Translations under genes and position numbers: made by a program
From: Balanoglossus misakiensis
Lineage: Eukaryota > Animalia > Hemichordata
Assembly (NCBI GenBank): GCA_040954595.2
Contig: CM082578.2
Span: 13,174,304 to 13,238,303, forward strand
Length of the DNA stretch: 64,000 nt
Direction: 5' to 3'
Shown: piece after piece, positions 41,778 to 57,800 of the stretch
Layout: each line of letters begins with the position of its first letter
How positions within the stretch are numbered: position 1 is the stretch's first letter
The notes under the pieces: generated by a model
The model's input: only the letters and a program-made list of their open reading frames with translations
Told to the model about the DNA's origin: nothing
Databases searched by the model: none

Positions 41778-42311
41778 TCAATAATCTTCCGATTCTAGAT
41801 GTAAAGATGCTGTTTCGGTGTAAGAATCGCTCTCCGTGTCTCCGATGTCGTCGTGGCCGTACATTTCGAGTGCGTCATCATCATCATCGTCGTCGTCGTC
41901 TTCGTCGCCATCGATTCGGAGGTGAATCTGCTCGCAAGAAGTGCCCTGCTCGTCGTTTACCATTCTATCTAACGCCGATATGTATCTGATGGCTAGTCTC
42001 AACGTTTTGATCTTAGAAAGTCTGCGATCGCATAGGTGTCTCGGGATGGCTCTGCGGAGCTCCTCGAGGGCGGTGTTCAAACGGTGCATTCGCAGCCGCT
42101 CCTGCAAGTTGGCTTTCATCCGACGAATCAGCGAGTCGGGCGAGTTCAAGTCCTTCCTGCGCGGCACCTTCGGTCTTCGTCGCCGCTTTCTGAGCGGCGA
42201 GTTGTCGCGATCGGCGGGTGGGGTTCCGCTGCTGTTGCACTGGGGGAAAAAGTCGCGGTTGTGGTGTTGCTTCGTCCGCGGACAGCTTCGATGCACTTGT
42301 TCGTCGCTCAT
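41778..42311 (-). CDS. Group A (atonal/neurogenin/twist-superfamily-like) bHLH transcription factor, single coding exon (~177 aa)
   Basis: RRMKANLQERLRMHRLNTALEELRRAIP-RHLCDRR-LSKIKTLRLAIRYISAL; upstream NLS-like RKRRRRPK; acidic C-terminal tail. First ATG at 42311 (the track starts at a GTG at 42332). Subfamily not assignable by eye. Confidence 0.9.
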   Translation of the reverse strand: MSDEQVHRSCPRTKQHHNRDFFPQCNSSGTPPADRDNSPLRKRRRRPKVPRRKDLNSPDSLIRRMKANLQERLRMHRLNTALEELRRAIPRHLCDRRLSKIKTLRLAIRYISALDRMVNDEQGTSCEQIHLRIDGDEDDDDDDDDDALEMYGHDDIGDTESDSYTETASLHLESEDY

Positions 42312-43468
42312 GACGTACTGAATTCCACGCACCCGAGAAAGTGACAGACTTCCAGATAGCGAGATATGTCTTCAACTCCTCTTCGATCTAAAATGAGACC
42401 CGTAATTGCCTTCGCCGTCGTACCGTGTCACGGAAATCGCCCAGCCGCAAAACTGGCTCCACCGCTGAGCGTCCAGCTTCCGTTGGCAGATGTCGGCGGC
42501 GTTTAGCGGTGTGATCCCAACGACCAAGCCGTAAGGTTCAAGTCTAATTTGTCGCCCGCGGGGGACAGAGGCCAACAAACTCACCACAAGACTTCAATGA
42601 GTTGCGTCTGTCTGCATTCTCATTAGAAAATATTAAATGACACGCAAAATCAACGATCGGTTAACAACGTAAACCGCCTCTATCCGATTTACCCAATCTC
42701 AATGACAAAACGCATTTACATTGAGAACGGACAAAGTGCTAAACTTAACTATGGGTTCTATCGAATTTATCGTGCTTAATTTTTTCCGAAATGAGTGAAA
42801 CATCTCAGAAAGGTACCAGGGTCATAGCAAAATTTTCGCCTCTCTATACTACCAGCGTAATCAGCAGTTTCTTTGACGCGTGGCTGGACATTTGCCGCCA
42901 CGCTGCGACGAAGCAATGGCGCATTACTTCTCCCTGACTTGGCGGTTGTAAACTCAATTGACAGGTTCACGCCATGTCACCTGATCTCCAGTTATTAATG
43001 ACGAAAATCATTCGATACCATGACTGAAACGATACCCAAAATAGACGGGAAAAGTCGACGCGATTATCATAACGGTGTCTGTTTATACAATCCAGCAGCG
43101 CAGACCGGTCCTTATGTTTCTGCAGCGTACTACAATGCGCTGCGTTCGACGGATTTATCCCGCGTATATTCTTCTTGTATTAGAAAAAAATCCGATAAAT
43201 GCCATCGTTGATGCAACTCAAAACCAGAGTGGCAATACTGACCTTACTTCCTAAATAGAGGTTACAACATATGTGTATGTGTATGTACAATTTCGCTGAT
43301 AAATTTCTTTCTTACCTTATATGAAACCAGCATTGAACTGCATACTAGTATTTGAGATTCTGAGCATCTCAGCTTCTTATTCTGAACATACCTATTCGTA
43401 TGCGAGGTAGTTTAAAATGTAAATTCAAACTACAGTCTTCTGTAGATTGTGCGTTAGAAAAGCATGTT

Positions 43469-43566
43469 TACAATACTGGGCATCCATCAGACATCAACAC
43501 TCCCAACTGGGTTTATATTGATGCCGTCATCACCTGACCCCGACGAGGTCATGACCCAGTTTTGTA
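43469..43566 (-). promoter_or_regulatory. SECIS element (form II) in the SELENOO 3' UTR
   Basis: Minus strand: TACAAAACTGGGTCAT-GACCTCGTCGGGGTC-AGGTG-ATGAC-GGCATCAATAT-AAA-CCCAGTTGGG-A-GTGTTGATGTC-TGAT-GGATGCCCAGTATTGTA. It has the AUGA/UGAU core, an 11-bp helix II, unpaired AAA, an apical mini-stem and a lower helix, about 190 nt after the Sec codon. Confidence 0.92.
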
Positions 43567-43745
43567 CACTTTCTTGTACCTGTCTCAACAAAGAACACAA
43601 CTGCCTTGAAAAGTTACTTCTGACCACTGAAGCATTTCCATGTCAATGATACGCAAAAAAAAACAACCTTTCCAACATGGAAATGTCTCTATGGTCAGCG
43701 ATCATCAGTAAAAGGCAGTTGTAGTTCTTATATACTAAGACAGGA

Positions 43746-48194
<4,449 letters not shown>

Positions 48195-49166
48195 TCAAAG
48201 TCTCTCTCACCGGATTTGCACATGCGATTCCGCCTGGGACAGATGCGACTGGCAAATTCCGTCAGGGATATCTGGAGTCCCACGACCTACCTTCCATCCA
48301 GTCCACAGTCAGAACAGCTGATCAATGTTGTGTAACAAAATGACGAGCGCCACCACAGGTCATAAAGAAAATTGAGTTGAGTCAATGAGTTGAGTCTGGA
48401 CTTCTTCCTCCTGTGATAGTGTTTGTGTTTTTTTATTGTGTAATAAAATAAACAGTGAAAAAAAGTATTCAAAAAGCTGGAGGTGCGGTATTTTATTATA
48501 TGCGAGAAACTTTGACCAAAAAATTACAAATCATTTCCATGGTGCTGTTCACTCGTGCAGATATGGACGGAAAGTAACGTAGGCCCGAAACGTGATCACA
48601 AAACAGTTCGCTAGACCAAGTCATTTGGTTGGTACTGTCGCGGTAATGTGATGATGGGCGATACTAGTACATGTATATGCCAGTGCCGCCACCCGGCCTT
48701 TCAATTGTAAATTAAGACAAAAACTAAAACGTGTAATTTGCTTCTATAAAAGTATGGCGGCTAGTACAGAATCCAACAGGTGGTCCATGCAGTACATCAG
48801 GGGTATATTGGGGTGCAGTTGAGTTGGTTTTCATTGGAAACATTCCCATACAGCTCCCAGTATTGTACTGGATTGTACTGACCCCCCCCCCCCCCCCACC
48901 TAGCAATGAGTGGTTTTTTTTCTTGCTTCATTGCACCCGCCATAATGTGTCCTGCTGAAATATGTAATGTATCAGTCGCCAGATAAGTCTTACCATTTCA
49001 AGTTAAATTCAATATTTTGTACTGTAAATGCTTATCTCCTCATTTCGGAAATGTCTTTAACAATATATTATTGCAGCTTATAGCGGGACCATAACGTCTG
49101 AGTCTACCCGGGTGCGAGCTCCCTGTTCCCGGGCGATGATGTCGACGGCTGCCCATGCGCACTCCG

Positions 49167-51852
49167 TCAGTGCTCGCGATCCTTCTTCTCGACCACCAAC
49201 AGCTTCAAGTCGTCCAGACAGGCGTTGGCGAGCTCCCGCTGTCCCGTCTGCACGAGGGCGTCAACGATCTTTTCAAGGGTGGCCTCCGCTTGGCCCTGTC
49301 TTCGTTGCCATGTCAACATCAGCTGCAGCACCTGCTCTTTGTTGTTCTTGTGGTGGCTCTCCTTAAGCGAGGCGATGTCTCCAATGGTTAGCCCCATGGC
49401 CAGTCCGAATGCCATCATGTCGTTAGGCCCCACGTGATCTTTAATCACTCTCATGGTTTCCGGTGTAACTATCGCTGGTAGACCTAAATTAGCAGCATAC
49501 CAAATGTTGTCATAATTAATAAATAAATTAAATATTACAGGGACAAAGTCGCTATACTAACGCAGCATTGTGTGCTGGTCTAACCAATTTCTGTTATATT
49601 TATAACGTCATGATTACCCCCCCCCCCTCCGCCCAATCTAATCCCCCACCCTTCCTCTTAAGACCCCTTCACCCCCAGGAATAGCCACGGGACCGATTTT
49701 TATAATTTGTCTTGAACCAGAATGTTCCGGGCTGTATAGATTCAAAGTCAACGACAAGTCTTCAGTTCCAACCTACCCTGACTTAGTAAAAACTGCAACT
49801 TTTGACGTGTCTTCATGCTCTCGCTGCTTTCTTCTAGACTTCTGACTCTTCTCTGTAAATCTTTAAAAAAAAAACGACATTCAGCCCGTCGTATTCAGTC
49901 AGATTGCCCTATTTGTTCCACTGGGTCGATTACGCCTTAATAATCAACATTAAGTAAGAAACATTGTATTTTTCTAACCGATTTCAATTATTCATAGAAG
50001 CCATTAATTCCAGATGGCTCCATCGCTGGCAAAGCTCCGTAGTCGTCATGCTTGACAAAACTGTCCTTTATGTCTGCTACGCGCATTTCGATGCGACATA
50101 CTATTACGGATATTTGCGTTGCTTTCTTCGGTGCGTCGATTCGAAGTTCATAGATTTTTGACTTGAACAAATTTGTGATCAACGCGGCAAATTAAGTTTC
50201 TATAAAATCTGAATGGTCTATTCCACGATTGTGTATTTTATACAGGGACCATTACATCCTTCTGGCCCCCGTCCAACGGAGCATTGACCGACGTCAGGGT
50301 TCGCGGGAGAGGAATGGGACTTTGTACGGAGTGTGGCCAATTAACGCGATCGCAATTATGAGTTTAAATCAATCTCCTTAATGGACTGGTGGACCAGTCT
50401 CAAAAGAGTGTGGCTATATACTTTGATTATCGCAATTTCACCGAATCAATAGTGAAGTCCGTCACAATCACGTAATACAGACAGTCGCATCGACGATTGA
50501 AAATAATAAAAAATTGTCATGATATATTTTAATATCTTGTTTTTCTGCTACTAACCTTCTATGACACTGGCCTGTATGGTACTGCTATCGGCCAGCGACA
50601 GGCCGATGACGTCTGTAGCTGCTCTTGCGGCTTCTGACTTCGCATCGTCATTTTCACCATCGTCGTCGTCATCGCTAATGACCGGCTGAGCGGTCCGGCC
50701 CCTGTCTTGTCTGTTCTTCGCCTTCCGATTGTCCGCTTCGTGCGTTGAGTTTCCGAGGACACCGTGTTCGTGGATGGGCGGCAGCAGCGTGACGTCTTGT
50801 GGTTTGGAGCTGTTTTTGGCACTGGCAGATTCTCTTTTCCGTATGGTGGCGGCCATTCTTCTCGCTCGTACCTCCGCCGTGGGTAGATGGTTATTTTCCG
50901 TGTTGTTTAACGAGTTACCAGGACGACCGACGCCGTAATCCACTTCCTTCGAGGAGCGAGCCGACGAGCCGCCCTTTCTCTTCGAGCCGGCTGTTTTCGA
51001 CCCTTCGCCCGACGGGGCTTTCGACGATACCCTGGAGTCGGAGAAGGAACTTTCGTAGTATTGACTCGCGGAGTCGTAGCGATCTCCGTTGCGGGTGACG
51101 GGCAGAACGGACGCGTGTACTAACGGCGGCAACGACGTGGGTGTCCTCTCTGAGTGTTTAGCAGCGTGGCTCATGTCGAAAAGAACTTCATCATAGCGAC
51201 GCTTTTTGGCCGAGTGGCTCACTAGATACGAAATCAGTCTCAGAATGGCTCGGGCTACGTCGTGAACTGTCGGAGCAAGGCTTATCACCCCTGCAAATTC
51301 CAGCATATCCCCGATAGCAAGTTTGTGGCCGTCTTTGTCAAGCGCGCTGAAGTCGTTATCATCCTTAAGTAGGGTCTCCAGTCGTGCCAACTCAACGTTC
51401 AGGGCATGCGCAATGGCCACTTTCCCTTGATCGATGACGATCGCCTGTTCCTCTCCGACTCGCTTCAGTATGTCCCGCGCAATCGCGTTGAGTTTCTTCT
51501 GGTACTCTCGCAGCTGGTCGATGATCACCAGATATTTGGCGATCACCTCAGCTTTCTGTGCAGTCAGTGGGTTCTTGATATAATCGATGTAAAAACTTTT
51601 CACTTCGGCGATGCTTTTGACGCCGTATCGTGGGCTGAGTTTTAGCCGCTTGAGCAGCAGCGAGTCCACAGTAGAATCGATGTACGTGTCCTTCGTCAGT
51701 TTCCTGTGTATCGGTCTTTTGAGCACACTGATGAAGAAATTCTGCTGGAGAGAGAATTTCTCCCAGTGGCCGACGTGTATGTCGAGATCTTTCTTCAGCC
51801 TCTCGTATCTTCTGTTGATCTCTGCGTCAAAGTCTCTGTCTTTGGCTGTCAT
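49167..51852 (-). CDS. SPACA9-like domain + disordered linker + C-terminal death domain protein (~565 aa); exons 51852-50556, 49860-49777, 49483-49167
   Basis: The large ORF has a G|GTTAGT donor just before its apparent stop (phase 1); the 84-nt exon (DLQRRVRSLEES...) and last exon both continue in phase 1. The last exon has a death-domain pattern: LAMGLTIGDIASLKESH..NNKEQVLQLMLTWQRRQGQAEATLEKIVDALVQTGQRELA. N-terminal ~215 aa resemble SPACA9/C9orf9 motifs. Confidence 0.8.
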
Positions 51853-52410
51853 GTTTCATTGTGGTTTTGACCTGCGCGGCCGGCAAGGCATCACGAGCGC
51901 CCCTTCGCGTGGCGTTTCTCAGCTCTAACTGCGCGAAGTTAATCAGTGACGCGAGTGCTCTGAGTTCAGTCGGACGAACAGTTGATGTCCGGCGGTCCAG
52001 GTTCAAGTCACATCGCCAACACCGCCGGGTGTGTGACAGCAATCAGCCGAAGTGACCTAGGGGAAAGAACATTAACAACAGAGATACATGTCTTGAAAGA
52101 TGGTCATGTATACCACTGTCATACATGTATGTATACATGTAGTACTAAGACGACAGTGTGAGCGACTCTGGCATTGAAGTTTCATAAAGCACAGTGCGGA
52201 AACTCTAAATTTCAGTGATGATTACACAAATTCGTTAAATCTGTAATTATTAGCCATTGATAGGCACGTATCTGCCAAATGTCTTACAATACTTTCAGTG
52301 ACTGTCGTATCGATCATTAGCAAAATAGTTTATCGAACCAGAAACTTAAAAAATATATAGCGAGTTGGTAAAAGTTATTCTTTCTAGAATGTACGACGAC
52401 AATACCAACG

Positions 52411-52425
52411 GTTGTCAATAGCAAC
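52411..52425. promoter_or_regulatory. RFX X-box-like motif GTTGTCAATAGCAAC between the divergent SPACA9-like genes
   Basis: Near match to GTNRCC(N0-3)RGYAAC; ciliary-gene context. Confidence 0.45.
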
Positions 52426-52941
52426 AAGGACGCCATTGCAAGCCCTTCGGTGAATCACTGTCATTGCACAACCAGTGCACGGAGGAAATCCGCTTTTTGT
52501 TATTAAAATGTGTTTGTGGAAACGGTCACTTAGGAAGGCGACATACCGAAGCCGGTCGTACCCAGCCGCCGTGACGGACTCGTGTTTGCTTGATCGTTTT
52601 CTCGGTTAGTGTCTGACGGTGAAGGTCTTGATTTTGGATACACAGTGGAACATCTGCCTCGAACACGCCAATTAACTTGGGTAAGCCTTTTCGCCAGCTC
52701 GATATTTTTGTGGTATTGGCGCAGACTATGGACAGTGTTCATGAGTGGGCACACGCTAACGATTAAGCGATATCATGGCGACAGATGATCCGTCAAATAG
52801 GGTAGTTTTCCGCGACCAAAAGCGTCCAATTCCAACGCGGAACTATCGTTATTGAGGTTAAAAATTATTCAATACACGGTTAAATACAATTTTATCGATT
52901 ACATGGAAAAACTTGAAGTGTCATTACACGGGTGCAGCCAC

Positions 52942-52955
52942 GTTGTGATGGTAAC
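52942..52955. promoter_or_regulatory. Second X-box-like motif GTTGTGATGGTAAC
   Basis: 12/14 match to GTTRCCATGGYAAC. Confidence 0.35.
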
Positions 52956-53823
52956 CAGAAGTATCCACTTTGTTTACAGGTGGAACTCCAAGCTGTGTTT
53001 GGACACAGCTGAATGACGTGACCCACTGTTGACTTCTACACAGGTGCCGCTACTACATGTACGTTACGCTATTTGTCTACAACCTTCCCAAACATAAAAC
53101 CCGAACTTGGTCGAGTCACAGTGCACATAACTGACAAACGCTCATATCAAGGAACGTGTTTCCACTGTGAATACAAGTCGACAAGAGGCAAAACAATCAA
53201 CAACGTAGAAGAAAGTGTTAACAATGAGCGCTTGTTTGTTGGGTAATCACAGACTGCAGATTTAGCAACCATTGTTAAGTATCCAGGACCTCTGGCATTC
53301 ATCTTTGCCTGGACGTTTTCATTATCATTTTCTGCTTATCACCTGTTGCTAAAGCTTAAAAATCCTCGGGGAAAGATATATCGTTCTCGACGAAAGTGCA
53401 GCAACCGATGAATTTCTCCGCAATAAATGTCAAAGCGTTAAAAGTCAAGTTTCTTACCTGGCGTTATTGAAAAAAAAATTCACTCAAAACGCAAAGGATC
53501 AAAAGTTATTCCCTGATATTCAATACATTGATATAACCTGTCTCCAAGGTATTTGCTCAGTGTCAACGGTTCGGTATCGTGCCAGCTATCAACTGTGTCA
53601 GCTCAAACAAGGTTTAGTGCTGTTTCATCGGTTATGCAACAAGTGGTCGTTCAGTGTCTCCCATTGCTGTCAAACACTGCCACAACAATAGGTGTTAAAA
53701 ACGCCGTGTGCTCGTAAAATTGTTGAAGGACTCCGCTGGATGGGGTCGTTGGTGGAAATCCAGCAGGCGATCGATGCGAATGTGCAGTGAGTGAATTTTT
53801 ATGACGCCCGGCCGCTAACAGAG

Positions 53824-54891
53824 ATGAAAATGGAGGTGACTAGCGAAGACGTCAGAGTTTTACAAGACGAAGCCCGTCTCTTCTACACAGAGATCACCAG
53901 GCTGGCTCTGGAGTACGATCAGTTCTCCCGCCAGCGCCGCTCCTTCATCCGGGCGCTGCGCACCGGGAGCGCCGTGCGCCGCCTCTCGCTTCTCCCCGTG
54001 TACCTGGAGCCCATTCTGGCCGACGGCAGCGAGATACACATCAGGGACAACGGCCGCTATGTCGAGGGAGTGAGGAACGTCAGCCAGATCAGGCTGTACG
54101 CCAAACTGCTCGAGAAACACGCCGTGTTCAACGAGTGCAACTTCGTCGACATTCTGAGGCAGTTTTTGACAATTTGGAGAAAGTTCGGCGAGCTTCGCAC
54201 TTACGTGGCCAGTCGGATGTGGCTGTGCAAGCATTCGCGACTGTCCAACCACACCGAAGTGACCAGATCGCTGGTTCGAGACATTAATCGCACGTTGTCA
54301 GCCTGGGAACAGCTGCAGCATAATGAGCACGATTTTTTGGAACTTTACAGGGACCCAACCGTGTCTGTCTTCCAGTTTGGCAAGGACTTCCACTTCACTT
54401 TGAAGCACGACGAACTTCCTCTGTTTGGGGGCGTCGTTCTGATCATCCCAAAAGCTATCCACTTGGCGTTCTCGGTGCACGATCTGATCAAGGACTATTG
54501 TTCGGCCACCTTGAAAAGAACCGACTCTTATATCTTCAGGAAAAAGATTGCAGACACGCTTGCGAAAAACCAGGCAAAGAATAACAAAGATTTCGCCCGA
54601 GTGGCAAAACTTCGTGGATTGAAAGCCTCTGACGAAATCATCTTCGGCGTGCATAGTCCGGTCAAAGGTATGCGATCGCTGGCGCCGAAGTCGTCGTTGT
54701 CGTCATCGGCGCCGGACCTGTCCTTTGCCGGCGAATCACAGACCAGGACCATGCCGCCGAGGAACACGCGCGCCAATTTGTACGGCGGCGGCACAGGAAA
54801 TAACTACCCCGGCGACCCAATGGCGGCCCTCAGACGCATGGGCGCGGCTTTTGACAAATCGTCCCGTCGGTTCTACGCATCAAGACGGTAG
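53824..54891 (+). CDS. SPACA9-like protein (~355 aa), single coding exon
   Basis: Long GC-rich ORF, first ATG at 53824; motifs YDQFSRQRRSFIRAL, VRNVSQIRLY, ILRQFLTIW, NEHDFLEL, FGGVVLIIP are collinear with SPACA9 motifs; basic low-complexity tail; AATAAA near 55251. Confidence 0.8.
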   Translation: MKMEVTSEDVRVLQDEARLFYTEITRLALEYDQFSRQRRSFIRALRTGSAVRRLSLLPVYLEPILADGSEIHIRDNGRYVEGVRNVSQIRLYAKLLEKHAVFNECNFVDILRQFLTIWRKFGELRTYVASRMWLCKHSRLSNHTEVTRSLVRDINRTLSAWEQLQHNEHDFLELYRDPTVSVFQFGKDFHFTLKHDELPLFGGVVLIIPKAIHLAFSVHDLIKDYCSATLKRTDSYIFRKKIADTLAKNQAKNNKDFARVAKLRGLKASDEIIFGVHSPVKGMRSLAPKSSLSSSAPDLSFAGESQTRTMPPRNTRANLYGGGTGNNYPGDPMAALRRMGAAFDKSSRRFYASRR

Positions 54892-57800
54892 CTCTGGGAT
54901 TGAAGTCGTCCACTCACTTTCTTGGAGAATAGTTTTGCCGAATAATTTCCATTGGGAGGAATTCCACATGACCGAAGCACCCGGGAGGGTGAACTGACCG
55001 TTTTGATCGCGTGTAAGCGATGGTCTAAGTGATTAATACCAGCCCTGCATATTCTGGTTAGGGGAATGTCTTTAAATCATAAATTGTGAATTGTGCCTGT
55101 TTTGTATTGTCAAGAAAACAACGCAAGTTCAGTAAAATATGTCGATTGACAAGGTCTCAGCATTCTATGATGGTAAATGTAACGGTGCAATGTTACTTTA
55201 CATTTGTTGAATACTAGTTTGTGAAGCCTTATCCGTGAAGTGAACGTTTCAATAAATTTTGCCCGTGTCTGCGTAAATGACATTGGATAATTGCCTGCTA
55301 TATGTCACATCAACACTTGAGCTGAAATAATATTAATACAAGAGAAATCTTTATTTCTATTAAATATTAGTTATTAAGGCCCATATGATGTGTATAATTG
55401 GCTATTTAGAAGTTAATGAGGTATCATGATTATGGGTTTCAGCGAGGCAATGACCGTGCCGACCCAAATAGCACAGCAGGTAGTGAGGCATGGATTTGCG
55501 ATTTTTAAGATTTATGTTCTTTAAAACAGAAATTTGAGATTATGAAATGTTTACATGTCATACGTATTAAATATCACCAGACTTTCGGTATATGCTGACA
55601 TCTAACCTGGCTCATGTTACTTTTACAAGTCACGTTCCGAGCGGTTTTATTTGCCATAGTCAATGCTTCAACGTGCGAGTGCTGGTGTTCTAACACCGAA
55701 ATTATGTTGACACAAACCCACAGATGGAAATGGCTTAACTGGCTAATATGTAAGACTTCGCGTATTCGAAAGCATTGACAATTTTGTATGATCTGGGTAT
55801 TAACGTTAACGCCGATATGTAATAAGTTGCCGCACTAGTTGTCATGACCACAGTTCATGGGAGGTTGAGTCATAGATATGATGTTGAAACTTGATCATAC
55901 AAAATCGAAACACAGTCAGAAAAATCTCGCAGAAAAGGATGTATATCTAGTTGATATGTCGACGGTTTATGAATTGAATTTGATACGCATTCATCATAAT
56001 TATTATCGTTGTTGTTGTTAACGAGGTTTAATGGGTCATATGCAAGAAAGTTTCGATTAAAAAATTGTTCATTTGAATTGAAATCTCATAAACGAAATTA
56101 TTGGCCTGTTTAATCATCGTCTATTTTCGACATATTATTGCCAAAATCTGCATGAGAGTGTATAAAATGATGGACTAAATCAACACCGTGGTAAACGTGA
56201 TCCAACTGCGGGAAAACATAGCATGACAGATTACCGTCATTGATTGTCAAATCAACTGCAGTAACGGTGATGCATTTATTTCATTATGCGCGCGGAAAGA
56301 GAAGAGTTGGTATTGTAATCCGACACTTCCTGCTGTGGTGAGTGGTCGCTGGGGGCGCTGCCCGCAAGCCCAAATAATCACTGACTGCAGTGGCCCGGGC
56401 CAGCCTGGCCAACTGTCAGCGCTGTGTGCGCATCTATTAATGTTGTTCGTGGCTTTCCGGGAAGAAGAAAAGAACCTGTCTGTCTAGATGTTATCCATTC
56501 TCCCCCGACACATTAGCTGCATGACATAAGGTGAGTGTGCCTTCCATCCCTATCCGATGTTTATGCTCTTTCTCGGAAACCAGTTTACACAGTGAAAGTT
56601 GGGAAAGTAAGTGTGCTTTCGTGTTAGTGTACGCACAGACTACGTATACAGTGTTAAACATTCCGCGCGCTGTACTAATGATAGGCAGCCAGAATACGAG
56701 GATCACATAAGAAAGTAGCCCTAATCTTCCCCTGGCCTCCTGAATTCCAGCAAAATCGCGCGAAGACGAAGAATCGTAGGCCGAAATTCCCATCAGCGGA
56801 AAAGCACGAGGAAGGTCGTTGTGCACGTGAGCCTGTGCGAATCACACTCGTCGTCTGTTCACGGAAATCCCTCCACGAGATACGCATTACTGGCGCGTTG
56901 GAGCAGAATAAAACATTTGTCTGGGTCCTTTCACTTGTTCATTACATCATTGCTACTGACTAGACTGTTTGTGCTAACACTGTCAAGAGATACAAAGGAT
57001 GAAGCGCACTTTGTTCGTCTGTTTTGCATCTTACATAGATTACCAAGTAACGTGACACTCACATCGCTCAGGCTTGATAATGCAACTCAGGGAATAGTAA
57101 CCTCTGGGTAGGTAGAAACCGAGGCCCACCACTCCTGCTGCGACTTACTAATTCGTCTGCATTTTGTCTCGTGTCACACACGCTGATTAAGGGACGTGCA
57201 TTTTATGAATGTATTTAGACGTAAAGGATTGTGGTTGTTTTTCGATCACATTACTGCAGTGCGATATGCATAATGGGGTGGGGCACGAACAGCCTGGGAA
57301 TTTTACGTTTGCAGACCAAATACAAAACATGTACTATGCCACTGTGCTCTTGGCCGATTTTCGGGGCATTTTTTAGTTTCGGTTTTTACGAGACATCTCC
57401 TCCAACCAAACAATGTAGAGCAGACTAAACAAGTTTGATTTGTTAGGTGCTTTATGGATCTTAAGGCGAGGGCTGAAACCTGTTTTTTCCCATTATAATG
57501 ATATTACAACGCAAATTGCCACTGCGCACATTTCTGACCGTTTGCTGGCTATGTCTAGGCCTATACAATAGTAAATCAAGATGTTTAGAAGGCTTAGGTT
57601 TAATCCCTGCGCCAATGCATTAGTCGGGAAATGTGTGACTTCTCCGTGATGGACAAACGTGCTCTCATAAGGACAAACGTGCTCTCATAACCGTAGACCA
57701 CCATATTTTTGAGTACGGTCGTATGTGGCAGTTTATGAGACGCCCAGCCGTTACTATTTCCTCGATAAAGCGAATCTGTCACGCCATATGACTGAGAATG

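Noticed and set aside
41765-42375. Overlapping antisense and alternative-frame ORFs on the bHLH gene
   Set aside because: Shadow ORFs of a GC-rich coding exon; the same applies over the SPACA9-like, SelO and fucosyltransferase exons.
49988-50182. 64-aa ORF as an additional exon of the death-domain gene
   Set aside because: All three frames meet stops before the nearby donor; the gene closes in frame without it.
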